NCBI GenBank assembly: GCA_023435705.1
Contig: JAEYRH010000016.1
Span: 44,691 to 108,690, forward strand
Source of the DNA: Bacillota bacterium
GTDB taxonomy: Bacteria; Bacillota; Clostridia; Christensenellales; UMGS416
Length of the DNA stretch: 64,000 bases
Direction of reading: 5' to 3'
A model generated the notes under the pieces. That model worked only from the letters and a program-made list of their open reading frames with translations. It was not told where the DNA came from and did no database searches. Made by a program: the position numbers and the translations under genes. Positions 61,797-64,000 of the stretch are shown here, piece after piece; positions within the stretch are counted from its first letter, which is position 1, and the number at the start of each line of letters is the position of its first letter.

Positions 61797-63089
61797 ATGG
61801 GCACTTCGCCGGAAAAGAACAAGGGCTTTACCAAGACCGAATGGAGCTGGATGCTCTACGACTGGGCAAATTCTGCCCACACCACCATCGTGGTGGCGGT
61901 GATATTGCCAATCATTTTCAAGGGGCTCACCGATACAGCTGGCATCGCCAAAAACACAGCCGATGCCTATTGGGGCTATGCCACATCCGCCGCCACATTG
62001 CTGATCGCTGTGCTCGCCCCTCTGCTGGGCACGCTGGGCGACTTCAAAGGCTACAAGATGAAGCTTTTCTCGATCTTTGCAGTGTTTGGCATGGCAGCCA
62101 CGGCAGCGCTCGCATTCACACATAACTGGCTTGTCTTATTGATTCTTTATGCGCTTTCCTGCGCCGGGTTTTATGCATCCAACATCTATTATGACGGCTT
62201 TCTGGTGGATGTCACGACCAATGAGCGGATGGACCGCGTGTCCTCCACCGGCTATGGACTAGGTTATATAGGTGGAAGCACGATCCCATTCATCATCTCG
62301 ATCGCGCTGTTGATGTATGGTGAGTCGTTTGGAATTCCATATAACACAGCTGTGGTGATCGTGTTTCTGATGACAGCTGTGTGGTGGGCGGCGTTCACAA
62401 TCCCCTTCTGGCGTAATGTGAGGCAGGCCAACTGGGTGGAGCCGGAGCGCAACGCCATTGCACAAAGCTTCCGCAGGTTGGCCGATACATTCCGGCACAT
62501 CCGGCAATACAAGGGCCTCTTTATGTTTATCCTGGCATACTTTTTCTACATCGACGGCGTGGGCACGATCATCCACATGGCCACAACCTATGGAGACACA
62601 CTGGGCTTGAGCAGCACTGAGCTGGTCATTGCACTGTTGGCAACGCAGGTGGTTGCATTCCCGTGCGCGATCCTGTATGGCCGCTTGGCCAAGCGCTTTG
62701 GTGCCAGGGCCATGATCGGAGCGGGCATCGTGACCTATATGGCCATCTGCGTGCTGGCCTATTTCACCAACAGCTTCGCGATGTATTTGGCGCTGGCTGT
62801 GCTTGTGGCCACGGCCCAGGGTGGCATCCAGGCCCTTTCCCGCAGCTATTTCGGAAAGTTGATCCCCAAAAAAGAGCAGGCCAACGAATTCTATGGCTTT
62901 CTTGATATCTTCGGAAAGTTCGCTACATTCATGGGTCCTGCCATCTTTGGCTTCGTGGCGATGGCAACTGGCCAGTCGCAGTTCGGTATCCTGAGCGTGA
63001 TGGCGCTGTTTGTGATCGGTGGGGCGATCTTCTTCTTTGGCGTGCCGAAGGAAAGCACAGTCAAGCCTGAGCAGAATTCATTGCAGTAA
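61797..63089 (+). CDS. MFS transporter, UMF1 family
   Basis: EWSWMLYDWANSAH N-terminal signature. About 12 TM segments. AAGGAGG lies 8 nt before the ATG. Confidence 0.8.
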   Translation: MGTSPEKNKGFTKTEWSWMLYDWANSAHTTIVVAVILPIIFKGLTDTAGIAKNTADAYWGYATSAATLLIAVLAPLLGTLGDFKGYKMKLFSIFAVFGMAATAALAFTHNWLVLLILYALSCAGFYASNIYYDGFLVDVTTNERMDRVSSTGYGLGYIGGSTIPFIISIALLMYGESFGIPYNTAVVIVFLMTAVWWAAFTIPFWRNVRQANWVEPERNAIAQSFRRLADTFRHIRQYKGLFMFILAYFFYIDGVGTIIHMATTYGDTLGLSSTELVIALLATQVVAFPCAILYGRLAKRFGARAMIGAGIVTYMAICVLAYFTNSFAMYLALAVLVATAQGGIQALSRSYFGKLIPKKEQANEFYGFLDIFGKFATFMGPAIFGFVAMATGQSQFGILSVMALFVIGGAIFFFGVPKESTVKPEQNSLQ

Positions 63090-63102
63090 TGAAGTAGGGT
63101 AT

Positions 63103-63138
63103 AGGCCGTGTTGCGATCTGTCGCCCACGGCCTTTCAA
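63103..63138 (+). terminator. Possible terminator after the MFS gene
   Basis: AGGCCGTG (63103-63110) pairs with CACGGCCT (63126-63133), then TTCAAATT. The 15-nt loop is larger than usual. Confidence 0.45.
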
Positions 63139-63160
63139 ATTCCTGTGTGTTGGTGATGAT

Positions 63161-63553
63161 ATGGCCACATATTATAGAAGCCAGGCAGCAAAGGCAGCCG
63201 GCATTAATATTGAAACTCTTAGGTTTTATGAGAAAAATGGATTGATCCCTGCCCCACTGCGAACGGATGCGGGCTATAGACTATATACTGATGAAGTGCT
63301 GGCAAGGCTTGCATTCATCAGGCGTGCGAAGGGTTCTGGCTTTACACTCCAGGAAATCCGGCATCTGTTATCTTTGCTTGATGGGGATAGCCCCGATTGG
63401 CAATATGCTGCAGAGTTGCTTGACAAAAAAGTTGCTGATCTCGATCGGCAAATTGCATCGCTCCAGGATAAGAAGTGCTTTATGGAAAAAGTGAAACACA
63501 ATTTGGGCGGTCCGGTGAAATGCCCGATCTTGCGTTCACTGCTGCATGAGTAG
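63161..63553 (+). CDS. MerR-family transcriptional regulator
   Basis: YRSQAAKAAGINIETLRFYEKNGLIPAP.R...GYRLY....L..L.FI.RAK..GFTL.EI. Coiled-coil dimerisation helix. C-terminal Cys residues (KKC...KC). Confidence 0.85.
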   Translation: MATYYRSQAAKAAGINIETLRFYEKNGLIPAPLRTDAGYRLYTDEVLARLAFIRRAKGSGFTLQEIRHLLSLLDGDSPDWQYAAELLDKKVADLDRQIASLQDKKCFMEKVKHNLGGPVKCPILRSLLHE

Positions 63554-63568
63554 GCGTTTTTTTTACTG

Positions 63569-63600
63569 TTGACTCTGCACCATACTACAGGCCTTATCAT
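63569..63600 (+). promoter_or_regulatory. Candidate MerR-type long-spacer promoter ahead of the flavodoxin-like gene
   Basis: TTGACT (63569-63574), 20-nt spacer containing the imperfect dyad CTGCACCA/TACTACAG, TATCAT (63595-63600). Confidence 0.4.
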
Positions 63601-63624
63601 GATGTAAAGAACGGAGGCCTGAAT

Positions 63625-64000
63625 ATGAATACACTCTTTCTTTATTTTTCTGGAACAGGGAACTCATTGTCTGCTTCCAGGAAGCTGCAAACGTTGTTGG
63701 CAGGTCAGTCCAGCATTCTACCAATTCGGAACAACTGTGGAATGGTGAAAACAGTCGCCGATAGGCTCATCCTTGTTTATCCTGTCTACTTTCAAACCAT
63801 CCCGCGTATAGTCAGAGTATTTCTCAATAAGCTTGAATTTCCTCCAAAATCAATCGACATAATCGCGATTGCAACCTGCAACAGTGGCCCGGGGCATAGC
63901 CTGTTTACCATTGACAGAATACTCAAAAAGAAGGGACAATCACTGAGAGCTGGATATACCGTCACTATGCCCGGCAACTCTTTGATTATTCGGGATTACA
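63625..64000 (+). CDS. Flavodoxin-like / EFR1-type protein, N-terminal 125 codons (3' end outside the window)
   Basis: ATG 63625 lies 7 nt after GGAGG. MNTLFLYFSGTGNSLSASRKL is a flavodoxin-type phosphate-binding loop. The frame stays open to the window edge. Not in the ORF track because no stop is reached. Confidence 0.65.
   Translation, partial: MNTLFLYFSGTGNSLSASRKLQTLLAGQSSILPIRNNCGMVKTVADRLILVYPVYFQTIPRIVRVFLNKLEFPPKSIDIIAIATCNSGPGHSLFTIDRILKKKGQSLRAGYTVTMPGNSLIIRDY

Overview
GC-rich chromosomal segment (35 G+C in the 60 nt at 20401-20460). Gene content points to a spore-forming Clostridia genome, possibly Oscillospiraceae-like: dpaAB, ytfIJ, dacB, buk, Fe-ADH, ldh. All family calls come from reading motifs in the supplied translations; no database search was run. 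Gene order: partial aspS; a five-gene minus-strand operon (AAC(3) acetyltransferase, HTH-WYL regulator, GyrI-like, DUF3788, flavoprotein-GNAT fusion); a PLDc_N + ABC exporter operon; tRNA-Arg(CCG); buk; an AT-rich islet with an orphan CdiI-like immunity gene; carboxynorspermidine dehydrogenase and decarboxylase; a LytTR remnant + DUF3021; carboxylesterase; Fe-ADH; an ECF sigma / anti-sigma / small membrane protein module; hisZGDBHAF-IE; sporulation genes ytfI-ytfJ-dacB, then rluB; a 12S / OadG-like / BCCP / 5S transcarboxylase-type cluster; a nuclease-DinG helicase; a short SRP RNA; an MBOAT + DHHW pair; tex; a nitroreductase with an in-frame TAG; NUDIX; a degenerate GGDEF-RHH fusion; ldh; ferredoxin; cupin; a YyaL-like gene; a PhoR/PhoP-like two-component system; dpaA-dpaB-aspartokinase; a DUF2927 lipoprotein; ygiQ; a TipA-like MerR; TrmH; two overlapping RimK-type ATP-grasp genes; NYN-LOTUS; sfsA; a UMF1 MFS transporter; a second MerR; and a partial flavodoxin-like gene. 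I saw no CRISPR array, transposase, integrase or rRNA. The most interesting signals are: (1) a family of modular GC-rich hairpin arrays at about 33.5, 54.3 and 56.4 kb, with compensatory stem changes between copies, two of which bracket ygiQ; (2) an identical ECF-type promoter motif, TGAACTAT-N14-CGTAT, linking the sigma operon at 18.9 kb to the PLDc_N/ABC operon at 8.2 kb; (3) a GGDQF-type GGDEF domain fused to a ribbon-helix-helix tail, overlapping a NUDIX gene; (4) an amber-interrupted nitroreductase; (5) the AAC(3)-WYL-GyrI-DUF3788-flavoprotein/GNAT operon. Many long ORFs in the six-frame track are antisense artefacts of the high GC content and were rejected.
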